This document shows positions 26,928 to 38,799 of a stretch of DNA of 64,000 bases, one piece after another. This DNA comes from Styela clava (lineage: Eukaryota). How positions within the stretch are numbered: position 1 is the stretch's first letter; every line of letters begins with the position of its first letter. The position numbers and the translations under genes are program-made. Below the pieces are notes generated by a model. The model was not told the DNA's origin. It made no database searches and was given only the letters and a program-made list of their open reading frames with translations. The DNA lies in contig NC_135261.1 in NCBI RefSeq assembly GCF_964204865.1, positions 10,726,001 to 10,790,000 of the forward strand, given 5' to 3'.

Positions 26928-28108
26928 CAGGGGTGTCAAACTCGTGGGTTCTAGAGGGCCGCATTGCATTTTGGGAATTGTGCAAAGGGCCGCAAACAGT
27001 TTTTGATAATGTATACTTGCATATTTTTAGATGGGTGTAGTTTGTGACATATATTGTGATTTGTGACGTAAATAAACAGCCGAACGAAGTTTTTTTTTCT
27101 TCTCAAATTTCAAATGCCATATACACCTACATTTTTGCATTCCACTATTATTGCAATTTACTGTATTTATTGCAAAAAATCTTAAGTTTTTATGTACAAC
27201 TATTTCAAACATTTTTAACAAAGTTTTGATAAGGAAAGAAAAATACATACACTGGAAATGACTTAATCTAAATATATAGACCTAAAATTTTCGAAAATAC
27301 TACAGAATAAACTCAATGTTTTTTCATTTCATATGTCCTGACGTTTGGCATCTTTTTTGTGCGACCAGCTTACTAATATCAGTCTGAAATGATTTTACAG
27401 TACCAACTCTAATTAACCAGGTGACATGATCATCGGTTAATCTGGATTGTTGAGAAGTTTCGATTAATTTCAGTAATGAAAAAATATTACGTTTATCATT
27501 TCTTGTATGGATCAGTAAACAAACAAATGACTGACTTTTTGGACCAGACATTTCGCGACATTTCCTACCATTACGTGGCATAGGACCGCCTGAGTTGCGA
27601 TTGATATTGATTTTTTGTAACTATTGTATAATTATAATAATATACAAACACATAAAAATTTGCTGTTCGAAGTTGATCTTTAAATTTGTCATATTGACTG
27701 CTGAGCTTATTCTGATAATGTCTACTTATATTGTATTTCCTCATTGTACTGATAGAAATGTGACAAATTAAACGATGTGCTTCAGAATTCTGAGAAATGC
27801 AGAAATATTGCAACTCCCATTTTTCCTCAAAAATACCATCTTCTCTATGTAGTTTGCGTTTCATTTAATTCCTTAAGTTTTTTTTTGCTAGCTTGAAGTG
27901 TATCCATAATTGGGCCAGATTGAAAACAAAAAAAATTAATTTTCTAAAAATACTTCCAATAAATTGTCGTTTTCTGTGTGAATAAGCAATTTCACACAAG
28001 GTTTGAAAAATGTATTCCACTTAGATGAGAAAAAACTTTTTACAATTATTGTTAGGCGTTCGAGGGCCACATTGGAAGTTCTATTGGGCCGCAAGTTTGA
28101 CACCCCTG
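26928..28108 (-). mobile_element. Internal-deletion derivative of a Charlie/Buster (SPIN/GTF2IRD2-like) hAT transposon
   Basis: TIR CAGGGGTGTCAAACT with a perfect 8-bp TSD CATTATAC. It keeps the transposase N-terminus (MKRK..FEEKWELQYF..LIC..KYNISRHY) and C-terminus (SRLTDDH..LIRV..DISKLVAQKRCQTS). Confidence 0.9.
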
Positions 28109-28283
28109 CATTATACCACTGCGAAATCAAGTTATTACGTCATAATGACAGTATTATGCCAATTTTTTACAAATATAGATATATAATAGTAATATTTTGA
28201 CAAGTTGCAATAGGGATATTTGAATTTTCTGGAAATGTTCATCACTTGTTAGAAGTTCAGAGCGGTACAATATATATTTCAGA

Positions 28284-31200
28284 ATGTGGAGGATAGGTCA
28301 CGAATATGCAGAGCAAAAACAAGGTAAAAAAGAGAAAAGACTTCCTTCGGTTGTTAGACAAAAATCAATAATTGAAAAAAGGGATTCAAAGACGTCTAAC
28401 GTCAGACACAAATTACCAGAATTCAACAGCCCAAAAATGATTGATCCAAGAACGCGTAGAGGATCTATCATAGCTACCGAACATTTAATGAGAAGACGAT
28501 CTTCTCGTGGCGGAAAACATCTGACGGCACCCTTCATAGCAAACGATGCCGTATCATTAGACCACATCAAGTATGGACAGCACGTTCGCAGGCCGAGTGT
28601 GGCAGTAAGACTGGGGAAAATTAACGAGATAAAAGAAAGAATCAATAAAGTAATGACAAACTATGATGCACCTAGTGATGGTAAAGATTCTGAAGATGAA
28701 GAATTGCTCAACGAAATTGAAGAAGGTCTTGCTGACATAGAAGATGACATGATGCGAATCAATATATCGGCATTAATAGGTCGCTTCAAAAAGATACAAA
28801 GATATTGTGATGAGAGTAATATTAGTAAAATGAGTACAGTCAAATTGCCTGAAAAAACAAACGATGCCCTTCAATCTTTACAGGATTGGATTGAACGTGA
28901 CCGTTTTGATGAAACCGACGACGACGACGAACCACATTCCCCCGTTCTGGACGTTCTAGATAACGAAGTTGTCAGTGCTGAGTTGTCACAAGTGGCAGAA
29001 AGAATGGATAAATTGAAATTTCTTAAACAAAAAATTCGCAATCTCAAAACTACGGGAAACGATACTCACCATTTGGAACGCCAGAGGCAAAATTTACAAT
29101 TACAAATGAGGAATGAAGTAATGCGTTTGCAAGAGCAAAAGAAAAATGAAAAAACTGAAAGTCATCGAGAATTCGCCTACATTAAAAATGCAGCTACAGA
29201 AATCTACGATCTTATACAAAAAACGAAACTAGAAGGCATGGCTCATGCGCACCAGTTTGAAGAACAACTTCATATGATTTTGAGAGAATTGGATAAGAAA
29301 AAGGGAGAATTAAATTCTCTGCAAAAAATATCTGATAGTCAGAAAGAGATGCTGGACAAATGGGCGGAAGACTACGAAAAACTTCACAACGAATTGATTA
29401 TGACCGCAGATGAACGAAATGAGGCGAGGGATTCAATCAGAAAATTGAAAAAGGAAATATCTCAGTTGAAACATAGAATAAATAATTTAGAAAAATCACT
29501 GAAAACAGGAGAAATTGTAACGAGAGCCGAACACGAGGACGCTCTTGCAGATATAGAGAAAAGTTTGAAGCACGCTAAGCAGAATCTCGTAGTTTTAAGT
29601 AAAACCTTAGAAGAAAAAAACAATAAAATAAATGAATTGAGTCAGCAAACTAGTCGCCTAAAACAATCGTTGAGAAAACAGTCAAGTGTGTCCCTGCATT
29701 CGGACATGAGCTTTCATCATTCAATTTCTGAAGCGGGCAGCAGGACAATGCAGCGTAATTGTATGAGCCAGAACAGTTCAAAAAGCTTGATTTCATCAAC
29801 ACATTCATTTGTGCAATCGTCACAAGAAAATTTAATTGCTTCTCTCAAAGAAGAGATTGAGAGTTTGAGAGACAAATTATACAAAGCAAAAAACAGAAAT
29901 AGGCCCAATTCTGACACGAATGATAGCCACCAGAGCGGCGAGCATATTATAACAGCAAGAAAAATGTCTCAAAAATTAGCATCGCAAGAAACACAAACGA
30001 CGGAATCTTACGTGCAAAAAATATACAAGGCACCGAATGTTGCCATTGGGGATGCCCCACTGCCACGTCAAATTGTCGGAGATAGTGTAGGTTGTCAGAC
30101 ATCACCTCCAGCTTTACTGCAATTTATGACATTATCTGTAAGAGAAGATTTAGCTAAAACGTGTCAGATGTTGTCAGAGAAAATTGGCCCAGACTGGGTG
30201 GAAGTAGCCCTCAAATTTTCTGCATTGGAGAGAGATGACATCTTTGAACTTAATAAAGGTTTATCGCTTCAAAGTGACATAATGAGGATGTATTCAGGCT
30301 CTCCAACAAAGACTCAGAGATTTTACGAAACCGAGTCTGAAGCTGCTCAAGAGAGTCAAATGGAAAAGGTTATTGAACAAATGCTTCAAGGAGAAATACC
30401 TGACATAATTGAATTAAAAAAGTTAGACAGTGCTCGATCTATCGATTGTCATTTGCAGGAAATGACGTCAAGAGTCGCGACTTATGTCAGTAACGTCAAA
30501 AATGCGGTAAATAATCAGGCTGGAATGATGTCAGAGGTAAACGATTGCCTAAAACAATGCATCCCAGAAGAAGACATGGAAAAATTAGAGCTTGAAATGG
30601 GAAAGAAACAGAAAGATGCGAGTTGTTCAGAGCATTCAAAAGAATGGCAAGATATGGATTCGTTAGAGAAGGCAAATTGCAAAATGAGATATATTGAGGA
30701 GACTATTTTCAATTTAATGAAAGAGACTAATAAGATATACGAAACTGAAATAGACAAGCAACATGAAACTTATAAAAATCTTCACAGTATTGCTAAAAAA
30801 AGTACGAACGACTCGGTGTTTCAAGCAATCAGTGAGAATATTGCCAACAAAGTTAAAAATATTAAGGTGAAGGCAAAGTCAAGAGCATCACAAGAAAGAA
30901 CTAAGATTTTCCCACATAATCACACGTCGATTATACTCTCTTCATTCAAGAAAAAACCAGATGAATCACTGACTTCCATCAGTAGAGTAGAATCCTTTGA
31001 GGAAAATCATACAAAAGCTAAGAGGATATTGTCAGGGTTTTTATGGAATTATGAGGGAAAGCCATCGGATGAGTATACTCGCGGACACGGCTCTGATTAT
31101 CATCATCCTCCAGAGCAAACCCAAACAGGTCTTCTAAAAAGTCAATATCACACCGGTGTCAAATTAGCACATCCAGTTGGCCCCACAAGCTTTTTTACGC

Positions 31201-31595
31201 CTGTCAAAAGAGGCAAAGCAAAAGCGGGAAAAAATAAATCCAGAGGGTTAGGTTTGCTAATACAACCTGTTGGTAATAAAGAGACAGCACATTTTCCTAA
31301 GCATCAAGACAAGGACATTTCAAATTTTCTAAATAGCGGAACTGGATCACACGCAAGAGGGTCAATATTTTTGAAACGTGAAAAATTACACAATCATAAG
31401 TTTACTCTACTTGACGTACATTCAAACCTCTATGACCCAAAATTCCAGAAACTAGTGAAAAGCAGCGGAATGCAGAGAGATGTAAATTTTGGAGTTGAAA
31501 ATGTTAAATTACTTGGAGGGACTTCACAAAGAAAAAATACCCAATACAGAAAATATTTTTCAGAAGCGAAATCGCCATTCGTATTTCGGCAATAA
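28284..31595 (+). CDS. Uncharacterised 1103-aa coiled-coil protein, single coding exon
   Basis: A 3.3-kb uninterrupted ORF in AT-rich DNA with long E/K/L heptad segments. A TTTCAG acceptor lies 1 nt before the ATG, and AATAAA overlaps the stop codon. Confidence 0.85.
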   Translation: MWRIGHEYAEQKQGKKEKRLPSVVRQKSIIEKRDSKTSNVRHKLPEFNSPKMIDPRTRRGSIIATEHLMRRRSSRGGKHLTAPFIANDAVSLDHIKYGQHVRRPSVAVRLGKINEIKERINKVMTNYDAPSDGKDSEDEELLNEIEEGLADIEDDMMRINISALIGRFKKIQRYCDESNISKMSTVKLPEKTNDALQSLQDWIERDRFDETDDDDEPHSPVLDVLDNEVVSAELSQVAERMDKLKFLKQKIRNLKTTGNDTHHLERQRQNLQLQMRNEVMRLQEQKKNEKTESHREFAYIKNAATEIYDLIQKTKLEGMAHAHQFEEQLHMILRELDKKKGELNSLQKISDSQKEMLDKWAEDYEKLHNELIMTADERNEARDSIRKLKKEISQLKHRINNLEKSLKTGEIVTRAEHEDALADIEKSLKHAKQNLVVLSKTLEEKNNKINELSQQTSRLKQSLRKQSSVSLHSDMSFHHSISEAGSRTMQRNCMSQNSSKSLISSTHSFVQSSQENLIASLKEEIESLRDKLYKAKNRNRPNSDTNDSHQSGEHIITARKMSQKLASQETQTTESYVQKIYKAPNVAIGDAPLPRQIVGDSVGCQTSPPALLQFMTLSVREDLAKTCQMLSEKIGPDWVEVALKFSALERDDIFELNKGLSLQSDIMRMYSGSPTKTQRFYETESEAAQESQMEKVIEQMLQGEIPDIIELKKLDSARSIDCHLQEMTSRVATYVSNVKNAVNNQAGMMSEVNDCLKQCIPEEDMEKLELEMGKKQKDASCSEHSKEWQDMDSLEKANCKMRYIEETIFNLMKETNKIYETEIDKQHETYKNLHSIAKKSTNDSVFQAISENIANKVKNIKVKAKSRASQERTKIFPHNHTSIILSSFKKKPDESLTSISRVESFEENHTKAKRILSGFLWNYEGKPSDEYTRGHGSDYHHPPEQTQTGLLKSQYHTGVKLAHPVGPTSFFTPVKRGKAKAGKNKSRGLGLLIQPVGNKETAHFPKHQDKDISNFLNSGTGSHARGSIFLKREKLHNHKFTLLDVHSNLYDPKFQKLVKSSGMQRDVNFGVENVKLLGGTSQRKNTQYRKYFSEAKSPFVFRQ

Positions 31596-32539
31596 ATGAA
31601 ATCCTATCTCATTTTCGAGTGCTTATTGAAGCTGGTCCAATCTAGAAATAGGAAAATGTCTTTAGAAGAGGAAGACGTTTTATTCGATATAACATTCTTG
31701 TCATTAAATAAGTTAAATCAATCGTATTTCACTATCACTTATGTAACACAAATTGGCGCATGGAAAGCTTTAGATGCGTAAGTATATCAGATTTTGGTCA
31801 CGACTGGGAGTTCATTGTGTTCCCTTACTTCTTAATGCCTAGCCATGGACGATATAGTAATTAGTGGGTCAAAAACGCTATCCTTCCTTTTCCACATGTT
31901 GTGCTCGGGTGTACATAACTTCTCTCAGATAATAGAAGCAATTCAATTTGAAATACGGACAGGTTCAACCTTTTCGCCATACTTCCTCATAGTAGCCTAC
32001 CATTTTTAATATTGCAATATGACTCCCTGCTTCTCTGTGTTTCACTATGTGGTGAATCATAATGATCTTCCAAGTGAGCGATCTTCCTTTTGGATACTAC
32101 TAAAAAATTAAACAATACTTAATTGATCAGGTATTCTAGTCTTGGTCTCTGCTCAGATATTCAAGTATTAAGTTGTATTTAATTTCTCTAGTTTCGTGTT
32201 TGTTCAGAATTTAGTATAATCTGGCAAATATTATCCTTGTTCGAACCATTTTATTTTACAATTTTGAGATTCAAACCAATTTTCCGCAGAGGTCCGTTTT
32301 TTTAGTAATTTTTGTCCTTTGTCTAACACGATTTTTAAAACGGTGGGGACCGCGAAGTCAGTGCCCTGGCATATATATCACGAGTATTGACCTCTAATAA
32401 TACGAAAGATGATCTATGAGATCGGGAAATGAAAATTTGAAAAAAAAAATTACGATAGCAAATAATTGAAATTGATTTTGCATCTTTTTGGCCTTCAGCT
32501 TAATTTCACATTGAGTTTTTGAGTTCACATTGATATTCT

Positions 32540-32790
32540 ATATGGAACGGTATCCCGTGGGGAATAATTATATGGGAGAGGATTGCTGGACTCGTCGGCG
32601 CCGAAGGGTGGTTCCCGTAACCGTTGGTTTGTCTTCCACCATCAAGTCCATGCATCAGAAAACAAATATACAGGATATCTGATCCCATACCCGACATAGA
32701 CTGGTAGACTGGGCGAGAGTCCGTGGTTCACAATATCGTTTAGCCGTTTTATCACTTTCCTCTTCCACGGAATGAATATGAAATCCAATT
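32540..32790 (+). repeat. 5'-truncated SINE copy (same family as 38152-38410)
   Basis: Shares GATTGCTGGACTC...AGGGTGGTTC..GTAACCG...TCCACCATCAAGT..CATGC and ACCCGACAT with the 38152 copy. Confidence 0.7.
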
Positions 32791-33250
32791 TTATCTACTA
32801 GGCTCAAATAACTTGTTCGCATTACAGTAGGTATCAGGAAAACATTCAGTCGCAACAATAAATGCAATTTTAACTTCGAAATTTCGTTATCAGAAAGAAA
32901 CCATTACAGTGAATTGATATGAATTGTGAATAAACCATCAACATGAGAAGTGAGTAGTAGAATATGGTAGTGGAGAATCTATCACGACAAATTTTAACAC
33001 TGCTTTTTCATTTTTGACTGGTCGACCACATTATCTTTTTTCATATTCAAGAACCGATTCCGAAGCACCATCATGTCTACAAAATCATCCGTGACATTCG
33101 TGTAATAAAATGCGATTTATTTCAGTAAGATTCCGAGATTTTTGGAAAGCAATGTTTCCTTTCATGAAACTTATTTTCGTGCGGGTCTAAATGATATTCG
33201 GGTCATTTCAAGGGCATTTTTATCATCATTGGAGTTTTTCGTTGTTACAG

Positions 33251-33430
33251 CTATATGTTATACATGTATCATAGCCTAAATATGTATCAAGTAACAGGAT
33301 ATCTATATTCCTAAGCATGACAGTATGAAGGGTGAGGTGCGGACTGATGCCATATTGGATCAAGCATTTAAACAGAATAAAAATATTCATATACCGAAGT
33401 ATGTGGGAAAAACCATGGATGTGGTAAAAC
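33251..33430 (+). pseudogene. MTHFS: 5-formyltetrahydrofolate cyclo-ligase exon fragment
   Basis: Reads KYVSSNRISIFLSM-[8-bp insertion]-KGEVRTDAILDQAFKQNKNIHIPKYVGKTMDVVK, matching the MTHFS pattern SKRISIFLSM..EI.T..I....F..GK..FIPRY....MDMV. It is frameshifted and no downstream exons were found. Confidence 0.75.
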
Positions 33431-33476
33431 ATTTTTGTAAGACTACAACAGTAGTATATTACTGTATCAGTGTAAT

Positions 33477-36400
33477 CAATGACATTAAACAACATGATAG
33501 GCAACTCTGACGTCACTCCATAAGACTACAGGCAAAACATTGTATTTCATGATACGCTCCAATGCACATATTTCTCGTCGCCTTTCGCGTCCGTTTTCCG
33601 CTCGCTCTTGCTACTCGGCGTGTTTTTTACGTATAGTACCTGACTTTTTGCGCCTGTAACGAAACAAAATAATCTCTATATCTAAGAAGTTTTGCTTGCT
33701 TGGAAAGCTGGAATAACAGGCAAGCTGTAAAGAGCAATTCTGGACATCATAGACGTTTTTTTTTTATCAGAGAAGATTACAAACGCGATAGCGGAAAGAT
33801 TTGTGTGGAACATTTTGCAGATAATGACAAAGTTCAAAGTTAGTAATTTTAATGTTTGCGCTTAAGCATTGAAATTTTATTTAAAGAGGGTGTCATACAA
33901 AACTGTGCTGCGATACAATTCCATAACACAAAGTTTGCACCTATCGAACTTGCTTTTGTAGGTGAATTTATTAGACATATTCAGTTAATCGTAGGTAACA
34001 TTGCTGGTACATAATGCATCGTAGATAGGTTTGTTTAAACTTAGGAATTTAGCTCATAGCCCACTAATTAATATTATCTTCTATGCAGGAGGTTGCAGGG
34101 CTGAATTCAACTTGCAGCCTTACCGATCACCTGACGATGCTCATTTAGTTTGGCTCGAGCAAGTCTTCTTGAAATGCTTGTGTGGATGGAAACTACCTAT
34201 ATTTTTTGCCTTCCTCCGATTTTAGACAAATTTATTCTGAGGGATTTCGCATATAATTCTCACTGATTGTTGGCTGTTTATAATTCCTATTGATTGTGAA
34301 TTCTGATCATAACAATGAGTTGAAAATTTTTTTACCTAATTTACTGGTACCTTTTTCTTGTCAATACTCCAAGCTGAGGTAATAAACATGACAATACATT
34401 TATGTCATCTGGAAGCAAAATATGCACACTAATTAATAGTTTGGCACATTGAGATAATACATCATGGCAGAAAATACAAGTTAAAGATATGTATGACCAA
34501 CACATGGTAATTAAAATTAAAAAAAATTAATGGGGGCTGTGGAGTATGGAAAGTTCAAGACAAAGAAAAGAACAAATGTTCATAGCTCATGAACTCTCAA
34601 TTTTGCCTCCATTGCTTTGTGAAGGCCAGTATATTTCGAGTGGCTGAATTGGTTTACCTTTATGATAGCAACGATTTTGTATTTAATATAGCGAGATTAT
34701 TTCAATTTAATTGAAGTGATATAATTTCCCAAAGCAATGCTTGAATCGTCTAGAATAGATCAGTGGTGTCAAACTCATGGGTTTTCGAGAGCCGCATTGC
34801 ATTTTGAAAATTGTAAAAAGAGCCGCAAACAGTTTTTGATAATGTATACTTAAAAGATATTTTTAGGATGGTTTTAATTTGTGACATATATTGTGATGCA
34901 ACTAAACAGTTGGATTAAGTTTTATTATTTTCTTCAATTTCAAATGCAATTACATATTAATATTTGCATTCCACTATTATTGCAACATTTGCAAGTTACA
35001 GTATTTATTATAAAAAATCGTAAAATTCTATGTACAACCATCAAAATCATTTTTGAACAAGCTTTGAATAAGGAAAGAATAATACATACACTAAAAATAA
35101 CTTAATCTAAATATATGAACCTAAAATTAACAAAAATACTACAGTATAAACTCAATGTTTTAATAATTACATTTGTCCTGGCGTTTGGCATCTTTTTTGT
35201 GTCACCAGCATACTAAGGCCAGTCTGAAATGATTTTATAGTACCAACTCTAACTAACGAGGCCACATGATCATGGGTTTATCTGGATCTTTACGAATGTT
35301 TAATTAATTCCAGTAATGCAAAAAAGTTACTTTTATCATTTCATGTATAGATCAGCAAAAAAACAAATGACAGATTTTTTCGACAAGACATTTCGCACTA
35401 CATTGCGTGGCATAGGATTGCTTGAATTATTATTGATATTGATTTTTATTAACTAAGTCGTTGTATAATTATATTAATATACAAACACATGGAAATTTTC
35501 TGTTCGAAGTTGGTCTTCGAATTTGTCATATTGACTGCTGAGCTTATTGTGTTTTTTGATTGTATTGATGGAAATATGACAAATTAAACAATGTGCTTCA
35601 GAATTTTGTGAAGAGCAGAAATGTTACAACTCCCATTTTCTTCGAAAATGCCACCTTCTTCATGTACTTTGCGTTTAATTTAATTACTCAAGTGTTTTAT
35701 TCAAGTATTCTTTTGCTAGCTTGATGTGTATTCTTAATTGGGTCAAAATGTGGACAAAAAAAATCAATATTCCAAAACTACTTTCAGTAAATTGTTTTCT
35801 GTGTGAATAATCAATTTTTACTTTAGAAGGTTTGAAAAATCTATTACATTTAGATAAAAAAAAAAAAAACTTCCAAAATACTATTACAATTATTGTTAAA
35901 CGTTCGAGGGCCGCACTGGAAGTTCTCTGGGGCCGCGAGTTTGAGATCCCTGGTCTAGATTGAAGTTGTTCAAAAAATATATGATAGTATTTTATCATGA
36001 ATGATGATTATACCCCTTCCGGAATTTCTTCTATAGTACTACCAAAAGTTGATGAACCAAATATAACACAGGTGCAGTGAGGTACCCGTAATCCTCATTT
36101 CCAAAGCTGTTTTAAGTATGTCTGGCGTGTTTTGTGCCTTTTTACAAATAAGACCGCTTATGCAATCTTACGCTTTGAAATTTTTAGTTATTTTCCCCAA
36201 GCCCCGCAGGATGTGGGGGCCATACACAACTCTACCGGAGGGTCAAATGTCTTTGCATGCCTCCATAGGTTGTTTTTCTATTGCAATTTTCTATTTTCAA
36301 ATGCATTATATTTCTTGGAATCACACTGTCACTGATATGTCGCCAGACTTCTGATATCTCCCCGTCTGCTATAGTTGTCCTGTGAATAAATAATAGGAAA

Positions 36401-37289
36401 TTGAGATTAGACGAATAGTTGAAAGTTTTGCTTTATGTCGGCTTAATTTCTTGATTGATATACTTACTATTTCTGCTATTGCCTCTTGTGCTGCAAGAGT
36501 CTCACAATGCTTAGACAGGTTTGTCCACAACTTTCACATCTGAAGAAAGAGAGGAGATTTATTAATTTTCGTTAAGAATAAATAAAGCAGTCTATATGAT
36601 TCAGAATGGAAAAGCTAATAAATCCAATATCTCATGTTTTATTTAAAAAATATTTTACTGAATTTGGTATATAAACCAACTAATAAAAGGCTTTAGTCAG
36701 AAAATTACAAGCATTCGTGGCTCCAAATACTTGAGATATCAGACTATACAATATAGACCGGTATGAGTGAAATGTTAGGTGAACTTGTTAACACTTTGAT
36801 TCAATACGCAAATAAAAGTGAATGCGTAATAGTATGTTACAATGAGCAGCAATCAACAATGAGTATATATCCTCACTGGTTAAAAAAATCTAACTGGAGG
36901 TGCATGAACTATTTGAAACCATAAGGGGTAAGTAAATATGTAATTTCGGCAAATGGGCAACTACGTACCGTACTGAATTAATAACTTCGTAGTATTTGAC
37001 AAAGGCTGGCTTTCACACATGTACCTAACAGTGCGATGCCCGGGTGTGATATACAACAATAGTATTCACCTTACCTTTTACCGATTTCTTTTTACCCCAA
37101 CTTTCAAAAATATCATTAAAATCGACAACAACTGTCAAAGCAGGCACGAACACCATTCGTGCTACGCCTTGAAAGCAGCACACATCCGCTCGTTTTCGTC
37201 TCGTCAAGTATGTGCATTGGAGCGTGCTATCGAATACGATCTTCGGACAAAAATGCCGGAGTTGCGCATCATGTTGTTTAATGTCATTG
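33477..37289 (+). mobile_element. Non-autonomous P-superfamily DNA transposon, copy 1
   Basis: 22-bp TIR CAATGACATTAAACAACATGAT, 7-bp TSD GTGTAAT and a THAP-like remnant IREDYKRDSGKICVEHFADND near 33767-33830. Confidence 0.85.
34761..35952 (-). mobile_element. hAT deletion derivative (family of 26928-28108) nested in P copy 1
   Basis: Ends CAGTGGTGTCAAACT...AGTTTGAGATCCCTG; colinear with the 26928 element; imperfect TSD GAATAGAT/GTCTAGAT. Confidence 0.85.
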
Positions 37290-37719
37290 GTGTAATATAT
37301 TTCATACAGCTTGAAAATTGAATTTTATATTTCTATCCTTGCAAGACATTTAAATTATTGCATATGCTATATATATATAAGATTGAATTGATCATTATCA
37401 GCTCAAGTGTTTTAATAGTATAACATCCCGAAAATTGAATTCATTCGCGTATTTTTGTTTGTGTATTTCTGGCACAAGTCTCGTTTAACTATGAGTTTGT
37501 GTTTTTTGTATTTTTTTTTTGTGTGTGTGCTGTTGAGCAGGCACATGATAATTTTCATGTTTTGAACTTGCTCTCCAAGATTTTCCATTTTAGTTTGTGT
37601 TTTGTGGAGTTTTCAAAATAAACTATCTATCAGTCTTATGCCACAGAAGTCGCTGTCACAACCAAGTAGGGTTACGGTTATAGGTGCATATGACTCCAAC
37701 CACATGAACACAAGACATG

Positions 37720-37735
37720 GGCGCCGCCATTTTGA
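37720..37735 (+). promoter_or_regulatory. YY1-type motif upstream of TIMM13
   Basis: GCCGCCATTTTG matches the YY1 consensus CCGCCATNTT, about 770 bp upstream of the TIMM13 ATG. Confidence 0.5.
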
Positions 37736-38151
37736 ATGCTGGCCCCCTAATTTTGCCATTATGCGAGATCTCAAGTTATTTCCTTGGAGCGGAAAGCCTG
37801 AAAGACAATGTCAACATTATGAAGAAACTCTTATTTTATTGCGTTGGCAAAACTTAAGCTGCAGACTAATTGGTCTGGTAAAAACTATCTTTATCTATCA
37901 GATAATGCTTTGATACTAATGCAGTAATACGGTACTAACTATGCTACCGTACCTCAGTACATAACAGGATAAGGTACCGTGCCGCTATTATCTCGAGTCT
38001 TGACTGTCTTGCAGTCTTATGGTGCGGTATTTGATCGTACATATTTTTCTTTCAACCTTCCTATCCTCCAGGGGGGTTTGGGTGAAGTCCACCCGCTGCC
38101 CTATTTCAGTATTTCCCTCAACCTTCTTGTCTTCGAACCTTTTTATTGGCG

Positions 38152-38410
38152 CGACAGTGTGGCTCATCGTGCTTAGCGGTAGGAAGACGCTCGCCACCGC
38201 ACCTCTGATTACTCTGCGAGGGTTCGCAGGTTCGAATCCCATGCGGGGATGGTTATGTGCGAGGCGATTGCTGGACTCCTTGCCATCGTAGGGTGGTTCA
38301 TGTAACCGCTGGTCGGCAGGTCGGTTACGGCTTCCTCCACCATCAAGTTCATGCCTCCATAAACAGATAAACAAATAGCTAACTAATTCCACACCCGACA
38401 TGGAATGGTA
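38152..38410 (+). repeat. tRNA-derived SINE
   Basis: A-box-like GTGGCTCATCGTGCTTAG and B box GGTTCGAATCCC, followed by a non-tRNA body shared with 32540-32790 and ~41690-41740. Confidence 0.8.
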
Positions 38411-38499
38411 ATATGTAATATAATAATGTAAATCCTATCCTATCTCATAATTTACAGCATATTAAGACAAGTACATCGTAAATATTCAAGAATTAGAGA

Positions 38500-38799
38500 A
38501 TGGATAGCTTTTCATCATTCGGATCTTCAGGAGGAGCCGGCGGACAAAAACTTGATCGACAGACAATAATGGAAAGTGTGCAGCTTATAAAGAGACAAAC
38601 AGCCATACAACATCAAGAAATGTTATTACAAACTGTCAATGAAAAATGTTTTAAAATGTGTGTTTCATCTCCTGGTTCGAGTCTCGACAACTCGCAACAG
38701 AAATGTTTAGCAAAATGTGTGGATAGATATATTGAAGCATGGAACGCAGTATCAAGGACTGTAACAAATAAAATTCGTCAACAAGCAGATATGATGTGA
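38500..38799 (+). CDS. TIMM13: Mitochondrial intermembrane-space small Tim chaperone Tim13
   Basis: 99 aa with a twin CX3C motif (CFKMC, CLAKC), PGSSLDNSQQKC and DRYIEAWNAVSR; intronless CDS. Confidence 0.95.
   Translation: MDSFSSFGSSGGAGGQKLDRQTIMESVQLIKRQTAIQHQEMLLQTVNEKCFKMCVSSPGSSLDNSQQKCLAKCVDRYIEAWNAVSRTVTNKIRQQADMM

Noticed and set aside
28298-30757. Minus-strand ORFs inside the 1103-aa gene, and similar antisense ORFs in HACD3, MRGBP and the esterase exons
   Set aside because: These are shadow frames of real coding sequence on the opposite strand.
34031-36354. Duplicated short + strand ORFs (34031/53862, 36118/55944) as conserved genes
   Set aside because: Their similarity simply reflects the two recent copies of the same element, and they have no recognisable protein features.
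38152-38245. Possible tRNA gene
   Set aside because: It has A/B boxes but no proper cloverleaf, and it continues into a body repeated elsewhere in the window, so it is a SINE head.
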